From an uncultured virus (IMG/VR IMGVR_UViG_2049941000_000050) (lineage: Duplodnaviria; Heunggongvirae; Uroviricota; Caudoviricetes), in the IMG/VR virus record IMGVR_UViG_2049941000_000050: DNA of 64,000 nucleotides. One strand, given 5' to 3'. Positions 11,250-21,960 of the stretch are shown here, one piece after another; position 1 is the stretch's first letter, and every line of letters starts with the position of its first letter. The notes below the pieces were generated by a model, which worked only from the letters and a program-made list of their open reading frames with translations, did not search any database and was not told where the DNA came from. A program made the position numbers and the translations under genes.

Positions 11250-11550
11250 TATACCCAATCATGAGCACGAAAAAGAAACTTAGACCGTTTTCGGTCAGAT
11301 ACACGCTGTATTATTTCTCGGGAGAGGTTCCCGGGTTCGTTTCCGAGAAAATGCGGACTGAGTTCGACGCCACGCCGCACACCTCCGGGCAGATGGAGGT
11401 CTGGGCGGAAAGCCCCGAAAACGCAAGATTCGTCGCCGGAAAGTTCCTCGGGTCGGAGTTCCTCTCGAAAATCGGCGACCACATCATCCTCGACATAACC
11501 TCGGTCGAAGAGGAGTCGGACGGGAACATAACCATCCGGACGGAGGACAA

Positions 11551-12027
11551 GTGATGGTCCACAAATTCAAGGACGACAACAAAATCGGGAAACGGGGGGA
11601 GAAAATTTTCTCGGAGTACCTCAAAGCCAGGGGAATACGGTGCGAGGACGTTTCCGACAACAAGGAGTACCAGTCCCAGGACATCGACTTCCTGGTCGAG
11701 TCGAAAACCGAGCCGGGAAAGATGGTCTCCTTCGAGATAAAGAACGACACGAGAATAGCCGAAACCGGGAACATTTTTTTCGAGACCATGAGCAACGTCG
11801 ACTATTCCACGGACGGGTGCTTCAGCAAGACGAAAGCCAACGTTATGGCAATCGTCTCGGAAAGCGAGCGGTCGATATACCTCGTCAGCTCGGATTTCCT
11901 CAAGAAGTTTGTCGACGGGAACAAAGAAAAGCTGAGGTTCATCCCGAGGGTTCCCGGCTCGAACTCGTGCGGGTACCTTATCCCGGTAAAGATGCTGGGG
12001 GAAAACGTCCGCGTCAAAAAATACTGA
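11551..12027 (+). CDS. PD-(D/E)xK nuclease-like protein
   Basis: GKRGE...DIDF...FEIKND...TGNIFFE pattern. Confidence 0.7.
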   Translation: MMVHKFKDDNKIGKRGEKIFSEYLKARGIRCEDVSDNKEYQSQDIDFLVESKTEPGKMVSFEIKNDTRIAETGNIFFETMSNVDYSTDGCFSKTKANVMAIVSESERSIYLVSSDFLKKFVDGNKEKLRFIPRVPGSNSCGYLIPVKMLGENVRVKKY

Positions 12028-12311
12028 GGGAGAGAGGTTTCCCACAAAGAGAAAAAGACGGATTTTCGGTAAAGAACCCGGTCCGTCTTTTCTTTTCGGG
12101 GGATTCGTGGGTTTAATATAAGGAAATAATTTAAAATTAGTTGTAAACAGGTTATCTACAGTAGTCGGGGACGGTTTCCGGACCGAACCTTTTCCCGAAG
12201 AACCTTTTCGGAACGGGGTTTTTGAAGGGGATTCCCGCGTGTAGAAACTTTCCCGAACTTTTTTTCGGAAAGAACTTGACAAAACCGGGGGGTTTTGGTA
12301 CTCTTCGGAAC

Positions 12312-14209
12312 ATGGACAGAAAAAAGTTTTTAAACGCGCAGGAACTGGTGTGGAACACGGTCGGCGCGAAACTCACCGTGGGGGAAAAATTCGTGGGGTT
12401 GGCCTGCCTGATGAAGGCATCCCCCGAAAAGAAGTGCTTCGAACCGTGGGAAATGTACTACCCGTTGGTGGGTTCCGCACGGGGCGGCGAGAAAATACTC
12501 CTCGGGCTTCTGAACCCGGCGGAAATTTCCGCCGCGAACCCGTTCACGTTCAACATGTCGAACCTGTACAACTTTTACGGGGAGCGTTTGGAAATCCCCT
12601 TCGACTTCTGGAGGTGCGACAGTCTGGGGGAGTGTAGGTTGAGAATGGAGGTGTCCGGGATAGACCCGAACAAAAACCGCTTCGAGGGGAAAACGACCGT
12701 TCCCGGGGCGTTGGAGTGGTTCGAAGCGTACAGATGGAGAGACTGAGATACGGGGGCGACGATGTCTTTTTTTAATGACGAAGAAAGCTTTATGGAACTG
12801 AAGGCGTTCGTAGACAAATACCGCTACAAGATGGGCGAGGGGAAGAGAATCGGGAATATGGACTGGGAAACGTTCAGGAAACTGGACGAGTACCTCCCGA
12901 CCCTCTCGGAAATGTACAGCTACGCGAGGATTTTCAAAAACGTTTTCGGGCTGGAGTTCTCATACGACGAAAACCGCAGTCAGACCTGCCTGAGGGGAAT
13001 CGACCGCGTTCTGTGGGGCATAGGGTTCGGGACGTGCGCGATGGAATCCCTAAAAAAATCCCTTGGCGAGTTCCTGAAGAAAACCTCGACCGAGACGGAC
13101 CTGGTCTTCAACAACGAGTACGGGTACACCGTCCGGGTCCCGAACTTCGGCTCCCTCGCGGAGCTGACGGTTTTCCTCGACGTGAACGGTCTCGACCCCG
13201 GGACAAACCTCTTCGAGGAAGCCTCTAGACAGCCCTCACGCGAAAAATTTCTCGGGAAGTTCGGGTGTTTCGTGGTCGGGAAGACCGATTCCGAGGTCAA
13301 CGAGATGTCATACGAGGAGAGGAAGTTGATGAAGATGCTAGACGACACTTTCCTTAATGCGTTCCAGCCGCTGTTTCCACACGGCGAGGACAAATGAGAC
13401 TTTGTGGAACCACACCCTGGGGGAAATGGGTCGTGGGGGAGTTTGGGAAATGGACGAAAAAACCGCCCGGCTAAAAGCAGAAGAGCTGTTTGAAGCAGAG
13501 GAATTCCTCAAAATAATGAGGAACGTGTACAGTTTCAACGCGGAGTGGGACGATTCGGACAACTATCTTTCGGTCGCCGGGTTGTACATCATCCTTCTTC
13601 CGAACGTAGAAACCCTTTCCGAACTGAAACTGAAGCTCGAGCTGTCGGGAATCGACTGGGAACGCCCGATTCGGTGGGAAAACGCCGAGGAAAGGCAGAA
13701 ATACCCGACAGTTTTCAGCGAGGGAGAGTAGAATGGGTCGTGAATCGATTGACCACTACGGGCGGCAGTGCGTGGGGGAGATGCTCGAGCTGAAGAAAAT
13801 TTACGAGAACGCGTTCGGGTGCGAATTCTATTACAATCCGGTCTACGGATACATAACCATAAAGGGAAAAAACCGATGCATAATCTCTTCGGTGTACTCG
13901 GTGAAAAAGGGCGACTGGCTTTCCAAAATACGTCTTCCCTTGAAGCCGTTTGGGAGAGAGTTCAACTACTTAATCAGGGAGTGTGTCTCGGTTATGAACC
14001 ATTGGGCGGGGCGTATCCACAATGGGGACGAGAATTTCCTGAACAAATATAATTTCGATACGGTTTTTCTCGAGCACGAATCCGTCCAGGAACTGAAACT
14101 GAAGCTTGAGCTTATGGGAGTCGACATCGAGAAACCGATTTTCGGGGGAAATCTCACGGAAAGAGAGATTCTTGAGCTGTACCCGAGCCTTTTCAAAGAA
14201 AAAATCTAG
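12312..14209 (+). other. four tandem family-A paralogs (12312-12746, 12762-13397, 13450-13731, 13733-14209)
   Basis: Motifs SLGECRLRMEVSGID, PNFGSLAELTVFLDVNGLD, PNVETLSELKLKLELSGID, SVQELKLKLELMGVD. Confidence 0.7.
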
Positions 14210-14286
14210 AAAAATCCCGGTTTTCTCTTGACAGAGAGACCCACGGGGTGTTAAAATGCGCGACATTTTGACAAAGAAGGAGAAAA

Positions 14287-16803
14287 ATGAGCCGAACCGA
14301 TTTTGCCGAGAGTCTTAAAAACTGCTCCGTCGAGCGTCAGGTCGAGGACTGTTACAACGCCGCGCTGGAGAAAACCCTCGGCGTGAAGAAAATTTCCTAC
14401 CCGCACGGGTGCGACGGGTGTTGCGAGTTTTCCGTTAACGGNNNNNNNNNNCCGATGCACTTGTGCATTCACTGCTAGAAAACTTATCGCTGGCAACTGG
14501 ATAAACGATAANNNNNNNNNNGATTTCCTACCCGCACGGGTGCGACGGGTGTTGCGAGTTTTCCGTTAACGGGAAGAAACACACCCTCCTAATCGAGTAC
14601 AAGCTGGACGAGGACCTGTCGTCCCAGGTCCAGAAAGCGAAGGTTCTCGCCCAGGTCGTGTTCTACCTGAAGCGTTTCGAGTCCGCCGGGGAAACCCTTC
14701 CGGGAACCGTTCTGGTCGCCGACAAGAACGAGTGCTTCGTAATCCACTCCAACCCGCTGATGAAGTACCTCGGGTGGGAAATAGACTGGGAAAAGGCTCC
14801 CTCGATGGCGGGAACGGTCGGGGAACTGGTCCTCGCGATTTCTGAGGACGCGGACATAAACCCGTTCGTCTACGACGTGGGTCGCGGCTTCGACTTCGGG
14901 ATTGTCGCCGAAAAGATAAAGTCCGTCGCGGAGGGGACGACCTCCCTAATCCGAATCACCGAGCACAACGTAGACCGCGTGTTCGGGATATTCTCGAAAA
15001 AGGTCGTTTCCGAGAAGGAAATTGGACCGAATGAGATGGTCGCGCTGTTCATTTCCGCCGTTACCGGCGACGAGGAGACCTTTCTCCACCCGTCTAAGAA
15101 GAACCGACTGGTTTACAAGGGTAAGAACGTCCGCGTCGATTCGAAGAAGTACGAAGCTTTCTGCGGGCACTTCTCGACGAAATGCTCGCCGAAGGAGAAA
15201 ATGCGCCTCGTGGAGATTTCCGACCGCCTAATCGAGGATATGAACCGCAGGAAGAAAGGCGAATTTTACACGCCGACGGTGTGGACGGATTATGCCCACA
15301 GAAGGATGGAAAAGGTTCTCGGGGAGAACTGGAGGGACGAGTACGTCGTGTACGACTGCTGTTGCGGTTGCAAAAATCTAACCCGGGACTATAATTTCAA
15401 GGAATTGTACTGTTCGACATTGGAACAGGCGGAATTGGATTTGTGCGAGAAGTATAACCCCCCGAGGGACAGAAGCTTTCAGTTTGACTTCCTGAACGAC
15501 GAATTAAAGAGAATTTCCGAGGGCGGAAAAGTTCCGGACGGGTTAATGGACGCGTTGGAAAACAAGAAGAAAATCGTATTTTTTATTAATCCGCCGTATG
15601 GAAAGCCAAGTGGTCGCAGTTACTCTGGAAAGAAAATGCTCAGCTCTGTTCAGTCAAAAATGGTGGAAGATGGAATGGGCCTCGCTGGTTCATGCCTTTA
15701 CGGCGAATTCCTCTATCGTATAATGTCCATCAAGAAGCAGTATGGAGTGGATGTGTCGATTGGCTTGTTTTGCAATCCCACATTTATGACGATGAGTGGA
15801 TTCAAGGAATTCAGAAAGAAGTTTTTATTTGAGTTTAAGTACGAAGATGGTTTTTTGTTTAATGCTGGGCATTTTGCTGATACTGCGTCATCTTGGGGAA
15901 TAAATTTTACCATTTGGACATCTGGTGAGACTACTGACAAGAACAACTTCAAACATGACCTTGCAGATACTGACGAGAATGGAGAAATTGTCAAGGTTGG
16001 GGAGAAGACCCTTTACAATGTGGATGGTATGCACAGAATGAGCGACTGGTGTAATGTTAAGGTTAAAACCAACAGGAAGGTTCCGCTTTTTTCCAATGCA
16101 ATCAAGATGACCAACAAAGAAGTGCTTTTGTCCCCTGATAGTATTGGATACTATTTGAGTCACTCAAATAGTATCATGCAAAATGCACAATGTGTTGGGA
16201 TGGGTTCTACTGTGGTCGTGAAAAGAGTTGGTACAGAGATATTTCCCTCCACCAACTTCCTNNNNNNNNNNGGACGAATATCTTGCCCCGAACGAGGCAC
16301 ATCCTGACTTCCACAGGTTCGAGATGGATTCCGTTGTCTACTCGCTTTTCCACTCGTCCTCCCAGCAGTCCTCCCTTCGCAACGTCAGCTACAAGGGAAA
16401 ACTTTGGGACATTAAAAACGAGTTTTTCTTCATGTCGAAAAACGAAATCGAGGAACTCGCGGACCAATTCGGTCTCGAGGAAACCTTTAACCAGGCGAGG
16501 GTCGCGAAAGAGTCTTTCGTTCACAATTTCCTGACCGGGCACGGGTCCGAACTTTCCCCCCTCGCGACGGAGGTTCTCGAAGCCGGGAAAGAGCTTGTCC
16601 GGAAATCCTTCAAGTACAGGAAACTGTTCGACGAGGAGCATCCGGAATACCAAATACTCAACGCCGATGCCGGTTGGTATCAGGTCAAGGCGTTGTTGAA
16701 GCAGTTTATGCCCGACGAGCTGAAAAAATTCAGGGAATTGTATAAAAAATTCTCGGGAGAACTTCTCCCCCTCATCTACGAACTCAATTTTTTGAAAAAA
16801 TAA
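14287..16803 (+). CDS. large amino-methyltransferase / type IIG-like R-M fusion, broken by assembly gaps
   Basis: N-terminal ..DG..LIEYK nuclease-like motif, GEFYTP, motif I YDCCCG, motif IV INPPY. Pieces at 14287-14440, 14523-16261 and 16272-16803. Confidence 0.75.
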
Positions 16804-16853
16804 CCGAAAAGAAGTTGACATTCTTCAACAAATCGGGTGAACTAATGGCGACC

Positions 16854-18189
16854 TTAAAAGGTCGCATCTTCATGTTTCACAGTCCCATAGCTTATTCCGA
16901 ATTTCTTCTGAAAAGAGGCTAAGAACTCCGCACGCTTAACTTCCCTCTGTTCCGGAGGTACGTTTATCATATCCACTATTTCAAGCATATTCTTTGCCGC
17001 ACGAACGTCTCTGTCTTCAGATATACCGCATTTACAGGAAAATACCCGGTCGGACAGTTTTAGTTCATGTGCTTTTCCACATTTCATACATACCTTGCTG
17101 GTCGGAATAAACCTGTCTAAAACCACTACGTTCGGCAGTGTTTTAAGTTTGGATTTGATTCTTCCAAGACAGCTATGCTGAATCTGTTTTCCGAACAGAC
17201 CTTTGTGCCAGTTTTTCAACTGCTCGTCCTGAATGACGACGCGAGAGTACCTTTTCAATTTCGATACAATCCGATTCGCCATGTCGGTTCGTCTGTTGTT
17301 TATTTTCTGATAACACTTCCGAAGTTTTTTTCTGTTTCTCATCCGGTTGTTAGAACCCTTAACGCAATGGTTCATCCGTTTGCTTGCTTTTTTAAGGGAT
17401 TCAGTTTCTTCAACCGAACAATCCATGGTTTCACCTTCCGAGGTTGTCAGACTGTGCTTGATTCCAAAGTCGATACCTATCGACTTTTTGACTTTTTCTT
17501 TTTCTTTGAAATTGGTTTTTGGCGTGTATGTGGTCACGGCAACGAAAAACCCGTCCGGTTGGTTTAGTATTTTTACGTTAGCGTACTCGATTTCCCGCTC
17601 GTTTATGAACTGTTCCAACCCGTTTACGTGGACTTTCCTACTCACGCCCTACAATTTCATTCCGGATTTTCCCCTGAATGAGTAGGTACTTTTAAACTGC
17701 TTTAACCCCACGGACCTAACTTCTGAAACGAAACCCAATTCGCCGCGTTTTATGTTTTTTCTCTTTATGTTGCTAACAATCGATTTTAAGTTTGACTTCA
17801 CCTCGTCGACCACCTCTTGAATTTGGGACGCCGAAATGAACCTCAACAGCCTGTTTTCAAATTCCCCGGATTTTGTTTTAACCGGGATTTCGGTTTTCGA
17901 ATGGATTACCGGTAGTGTGTCCCAGTCTGCCTTTTTCGACTTTATGAGGCTGATGATATAATTTCTTACCCATTTTGCCTCAACAAAAATCATCTTTAGC
18001 TCTTCTTTCTGTTTTTTCGAGAGGCGGTTATTCTGTATTTTAACTTTGAATACGCGACAGACCTGAAATNNNNNNNNNNNNNNNNNNNNNNNNNNNNNNN
18101 NNNNNNNNNNNNNNNNNNNNNNNNNNNNNNNNNNNNNNNNNNNNNNNNNNNNNNNNNNNNNNNGTTGTATTCCACTTGGTTGTTGTCAT
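16854..18189 (-). CDS. tnpB: TnpB family nuclease with an in-frame TAG at 17649-17651
   Basis: ORFs 17649-17993 and 16854-17645 are in one frame (GMKL*GVSRK) and collinear with TnpB 733-2028 (KVKIQGIHG). GIDFGIK, IQDEQ, CMKC, DRDVRAAKN. N gap near the N-terminus. Confidence 0.85.
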
Positions 18190-18280
18190 GTCTTTTTGTT
18201 TATTTACCGTTTAGGTATTTTTTTGTTTGATTTTATTTACCGATTTTTGATAAATATACCAAAAGTGTATAATATTTTAT

Positions 18281-18727
18281 ATGGTCAACAGAAACGAAGA
18301 GGTTTATTCCAGAAGAAACCACGCGAAACACCGTGTTTTTTACCATATTATATTTTCAACAAAATACAGAAGAAGATGTTTGGACGGAATAATGCCGGAA
18401 TTGAAAACCAGTTTCAAACGCGCCGAAAAAATGTCCAACGGTCTTTGGAAGATTGAGATGGTTGAAACGGATAAGGAAAAAATCGACCATGTTCATTTTT
18501 TGATTAGGGCCGTCCCACAAATTTCGCCCGGGGAAATAATCCACAAATTAAAACAATTTAGCACGTTTGACGTTTGGCATAATGAAAAATGTAGGGAAAT
18601 CTTATCCAAATTTTATTGGAAAAATAAAAAACATGGTCATATTCTTTGGACCCACGGATATTTTTGTTCTTCCGTGGGGGAAGCAAGTTCGGAAACCATA
18701 AGGAGATACATTTCATCACAAGGTTAA
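18281..18727 (+). CDS. tnpA: IS200/IS605 Y1 transposase
   Basis: YHIIFSTKYRR, HUH motif DHVHFL, W..GYFCSSVG....IRRYI..Q. Confidence 0.95.
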   Translation: MVNRNEEVYSRRNHAKHRVFYHIIFSTKYRRRCLDGIMPELKTSFKRAEKMSNGLWKIEMVETDKEKIDHVHFLIRAVPQISPGEIIHKLKQFSTFDVWHNEKCREILSKFYWKNKKHGHILWTHGYFCSSVGEASSETIRRYISSQG

Positions 18728-18792
18728 TCCCGCTTCACATGACAACCCTAAAGGGTTGCATCTATCGCGGGAATTTCTTGTATAATTGAACC

Positions 18793-19602
18793 ATGCACAT
18801 GAACAGAAGACGGTTTATTGGAACGCTCATTGGGGGTCTCGCGGCTAATTGCGTCCCAACGTTCGCGTCGGAGGCAAGCGAGTTCGAGAAGTGCAGGAAC
18901 GACATCCTGTATTTCGTCGACAACCATCTCGTGGTGATAGACAGTCTATACGGGAACTTGAAGATGTCCCCACAACAAAGGGAATATCTTAAGCGAATGT
19001 CTGAGGTGAAAGACCATCTTTTCTGCGCGAAGGGACGCCAGATTGGAGCAAGCACCGCAAACCTGGTGTTCGCCCATTGGAAAACCAGGTTCTTTGAGAA
19101 TCAGAGAGTGTTCATAGTTGAACCTAGCCACGGGATGGCGAGATGCATGAAAAAGATGGACGGTTGCATTTTCCATAGACCAGCCTGTGTACAAAAGGGG
19201 AGTCTGATTCAGATTGCGACTCCCACGATGATTGAATGCGGAATTGACTGGTCCGACCCGAACAACACTTTTATACTGGACGAATACGCCTGGTGGAACA
19301 GAGGTTGCATGAACGAGAGTAGGTTCACTGACCTGAACAGCACCCTCATGGGTTCGCAACCCGCGGGTTCCTCCACGGGCCATTTCATTGTCGTGTCAAC
19401 CCCTGTTGACCACAAGGACTTGTTTTGCACGTTTGTCACTGGTGTGGACGATTCGAGGAGACTGGTTCTTCCAAACAAAGCCATAAACGAGCGGTCTGAG
19501 TGTAGTGCAACAACCAGCCTGGACGGAAAATACATTCTCCCGAAGTTCTCTTCTCCGGAAGAATTAAGACTAAAATTGATGCTTATGGGAGTCGAATCGT
19601 GA
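18793..19602 (+). CDS. terminase-ATPase-like paralog with Tat-like N-terminus and family-A C-terminal motif
   Basis: MNRRRFIGTLIGG..; EFEKCRNDILYF; KGRQIGAST; FILDEYAW; VVSTP; PKFSSPEELRLKLMLMG. Confidence 0.65.
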   Translation: MHMNRRRFIGTLIGGLAANCVPTFASEASEFEKCRNDILYFVDNHLVVIDSLYGNLKMSPQQREYLKRMSEVKDHLFCAKGRQIGASTANLVFAHWKTRFFENQRVFIVEPSHGMARCMKKMDGCIFHRPACVQKGSLIQIATPTMIECGIDWSDPNNTFILDEYAWWNRGCMNESRFTDLNSTLMGSQPAGSSTGHFIVVSTPVDHKDLFCTFVTGVDDSRRLVLPNKAINERSECSATTSLDGKYILPKFSSPEELRLKLMLMGVES

Positions 19603-19717
19603 CAGAAACTGGTGGGATTGTCAATGACCGACGCTGAGAAAATTTTAAGGTTGAAGCAAGAAAATCTCTGGCGACATCAGCCAGAATCTCAACGGTCTTT
19701 AGCCGTTGAGTAGTTCA
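19603..19717 (+). mobile_element. orphan TnpB right end / omega-RNA-like remnant
   Basis: ATCTCAACGGTCTTTAGCCGTTGAGTAGTTCA is nearly identical to the right end at 35141-35173. Left boundary uncertain. Confidence 0.65.
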
Positions 19718-19806
19718 ATCCCGCCAAAAAAGAAAAAAGAAGTTAAATTCCCGGATTTCGAATCCCTCGATGAAATGGAAATCAAGCTGTTAATAGCGGA
19801 GGAGTT

Positions 19807-20211
19807 ATGACGGGGGAAAACGAAGAGTATAAAAAAATATTCGAGAACGTTTTCGGTCTCGGGTTTCAGTCAAAGAAAAACTACGTGAGACTTTCCGGGT
19901 GGAGAAACGGGACTATTTTTGTAGCCGACTCAATGGAAAAACTTATCGAGGACCTTAACTCGTTTAAATCCAAGCTCTTAGTCATGAACCGCTACGGGTG
20001 CGCGGTTTTTCTTCCGAAGTTTTTCACACTAGCGGAACTGAAGCTGAAGATTTTACTGACCGGGATAAACCCAGACGAGCCAAACTTCGGAAACGAAGGC
20101 AGACCCGACGAGGAGAACCCGTTCTTCGAGTACAGAATCCGAAAAGTCGACCCCAAAGAACTTGACATCCGGAGTACAATTGTTGGCGTATCTATTAAAG
20201 GAAACAATTAA
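19807..20211 (+). CDS. family-A paralog
   Basis: IFENVFG and LPKFFTLAELKLKILLTGIN. Confidence 0.7.
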   Translation: MTGENEEYKKIFENVFGLGFQSKKNYVRLSGWRNGTIFVADSMEKLIEDLNSFKSKLLVMNRYGCAVFLPKFFTLAELKLKILLTGINPDEPNFGNEGRPDEENPFFEYRIRKVDPKELDIRSTIVGVSIKGNN

Positions 20212-20212
20212 A

Positions 20213-20494
20213 ATGAAAAAACTGGTTATGTTTTTGGCTTTGGTTGCGTTCATCGGTGGGTGCGGCTTTCCCTCAACCGAGGAAATCGAGAAACGCAGGA
20301 ACCTCAGGAAAGAGGAATCCAGCAAATTAGCCCAGTTTAAACTGGACCATGCTCTGTCTTGCCCGTCAATAAACGTCCCGGCGTTTCAAACAATGGGGGT
20401 CAGCAATCAGGTTCTTTCAGTCGAGAAAAAAATCGACAGTCTGAACGAAAAGCTCGACCGCGTTCTGAAGATTCTGGAGGAAGGAAAACAATGA
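20213..20494 (+). CDS. predicted lipoprotein
   Basis: MKKLVMFLALVAFIGG-C lipobox; AGGA RBS. Confidence 0.7.
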   Translation: MKKLVMFLALVAFIGGCGFPSTEEIEKRRNLRKEESSKLAQFKLDHALSCPSINVPAFQTMGVSNQVLSVEKKIDSLNEKLDRVLKILEEGKQ

Positions 20495-21105
20495 GAAAAT
20501 TTATTGCGGTATTGTGGATGTGTACGGTCTCGGCGGTTTGGGGGACGGACACGATTCTTCTGTGGCAGGTGGACGACGCGGCATTGGTCGACGGGATAAA
20601 CATCGTCACGTTTCTTGACGACTATCCGGACACCTGGGACAGCTGGCCAGCGGCGAGGGTTCTGGTCAGCGGTGCGAGCTTTGCCGACCCAGTTGTTCTT
20701 GACGTTTACGTTCCCCCGCACGACGGCTATCCCGGGGGTTGGGAATCCGGCGAAAACGGGGTGTGGCTCGGCGACGTCGGCGGCGGGTACTGGGGGACCG
20801 GCTCTTATACCCAGTCCCTTGTTCCCGAGGGGGCGACAGTCGAGGGCGCGATTTTCGCGGTCGAGCTCGGCTATAACTACGACGGGGTTTGGCAGACCAT
20901 CGCGGTTTCCGACCCGAGAACCTTTTCCGAACTGAACCGCCACATTTACGAAACTTTCGACCTGAACCCATTGACCTCGGATTCCTGGACCCCGACAATT
21001 TTCCACACCGTTCCCGAGCCGGAAATATTCCTTCTGGTTCTCTTTGGTCTTTCCCCGGTCCTTTTTAATCGCAAAAAACTTGACAGAAAGCTCGGAACGC
21101 GTTAA
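20491..21105 (+). CDS. PEP-CTERM sorting-domain surface protein
   Basis: Signal peptide MRKFIAVLWMCTVSAVWG; C-terminal VPEP, hydrophobic helix, then RKK. Confidence 0.8.
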   Translation: MRKFIAVLWMCTVSAVWGTDTILLWQVDDAALVDGINIVTFLDDYPDTWDSWPAARVLVSGASFADPVVLDVYVPPHDGYPGGWESGENGVWLGDVGGGYWGTGSYTQSLVPEGATVEGAIFAVELGYNYDGVWQTIAVSDPRTFSELNRHIYETFDLNPLTSDSWTPTIFHTVPEPEIFLLVLFGLSPVLFNRKKLDRKLGTR

Positions 21106-21256
21106 AATGCGCGGTGTTTTCTTAAAAAGAAAGGAAACGTTTTCAAAATGGACTTAAACGATTTCTACGCGATACTGGTTTATTCCCTACTGGGGATGTT
21201 CTTAGCCGAGGCGGTCTGGTTCTCGGTGATGCTTTTCAAAACGAGGAAACCTAAAG

Positions 21257-21960
21257 ATGGACAAAAAGTACAGGATTAGGTTGAAGAGACTCCTCTGGGA
21301 TTATTACGCGGTCGACGTTCGGTTCAGAAGCTTTGTCATGAACAAAAGATATTACACGGTCGCGAAAATCAACAACGACGGGGTGGTCAACAACCTCAAA
21401 GGATTCATGCGGAATTCTTACGAGGACGCGTTTACCAGTCTCCGTGAAGAGTACAACCGCATCAAACACTTTATGAGAGGGGACGAGATAATTTTCTACA
21501 CGGACCAAAACGGAATGGTTAACACAACTTTCATCCCCGATTTCGACACACTAGACGAACTCGAGCTGAAAATAAGTGTCGGGGGGCGGGAGAAAATCAA
21601 CGCGGCGAAAAAGAAATGAGAAAAACCGCATTCGAGAGAATCTTCGAACGGCTGGGTTTTGAAATTCACACCTATGAGTTTTCGAGCGGGATTTTCACAT
21701 CACATCTTTTTCTGGACAACAACGTTGTCGGGGTCTTCGTTCCGACGAACGAAATTTTATTCACCATTCTCAGTGGTTCCGGAGGAAGCGAAAGAGAGTC
21801 CGTGTATTGGCTGGGACGGGCTTTTCTCGAATGTAACGATTCGAAACACATGGTGGGAACCTCCGTCAACGGGAAAAACGTCCCGATTTCCTTCAACATT
21901 CCGTCCGCGTCCTCGATGAAAGAGTTAGAATTCAAGCTGAAACTTCAATGTATAATATGA
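21257..21960 (+). other. two family-A paralogs (21257-21619, 21616-21960)
   Basis: IPDFDTLDELELKISVGG and IPSASSMKELEFKLKLQ. Confidence 0.65.

Larger units (their letters stand above)
16838..18763. mobile_element. IS605-type element with divergent tnpA and tnpB
   Basis: End hairpins GCGACC-TTAAAA-GGTCGC (~16848) and CAACCC-TAAA-GGGTTG (~18743) flank the two genes. Confidence 0.8.
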
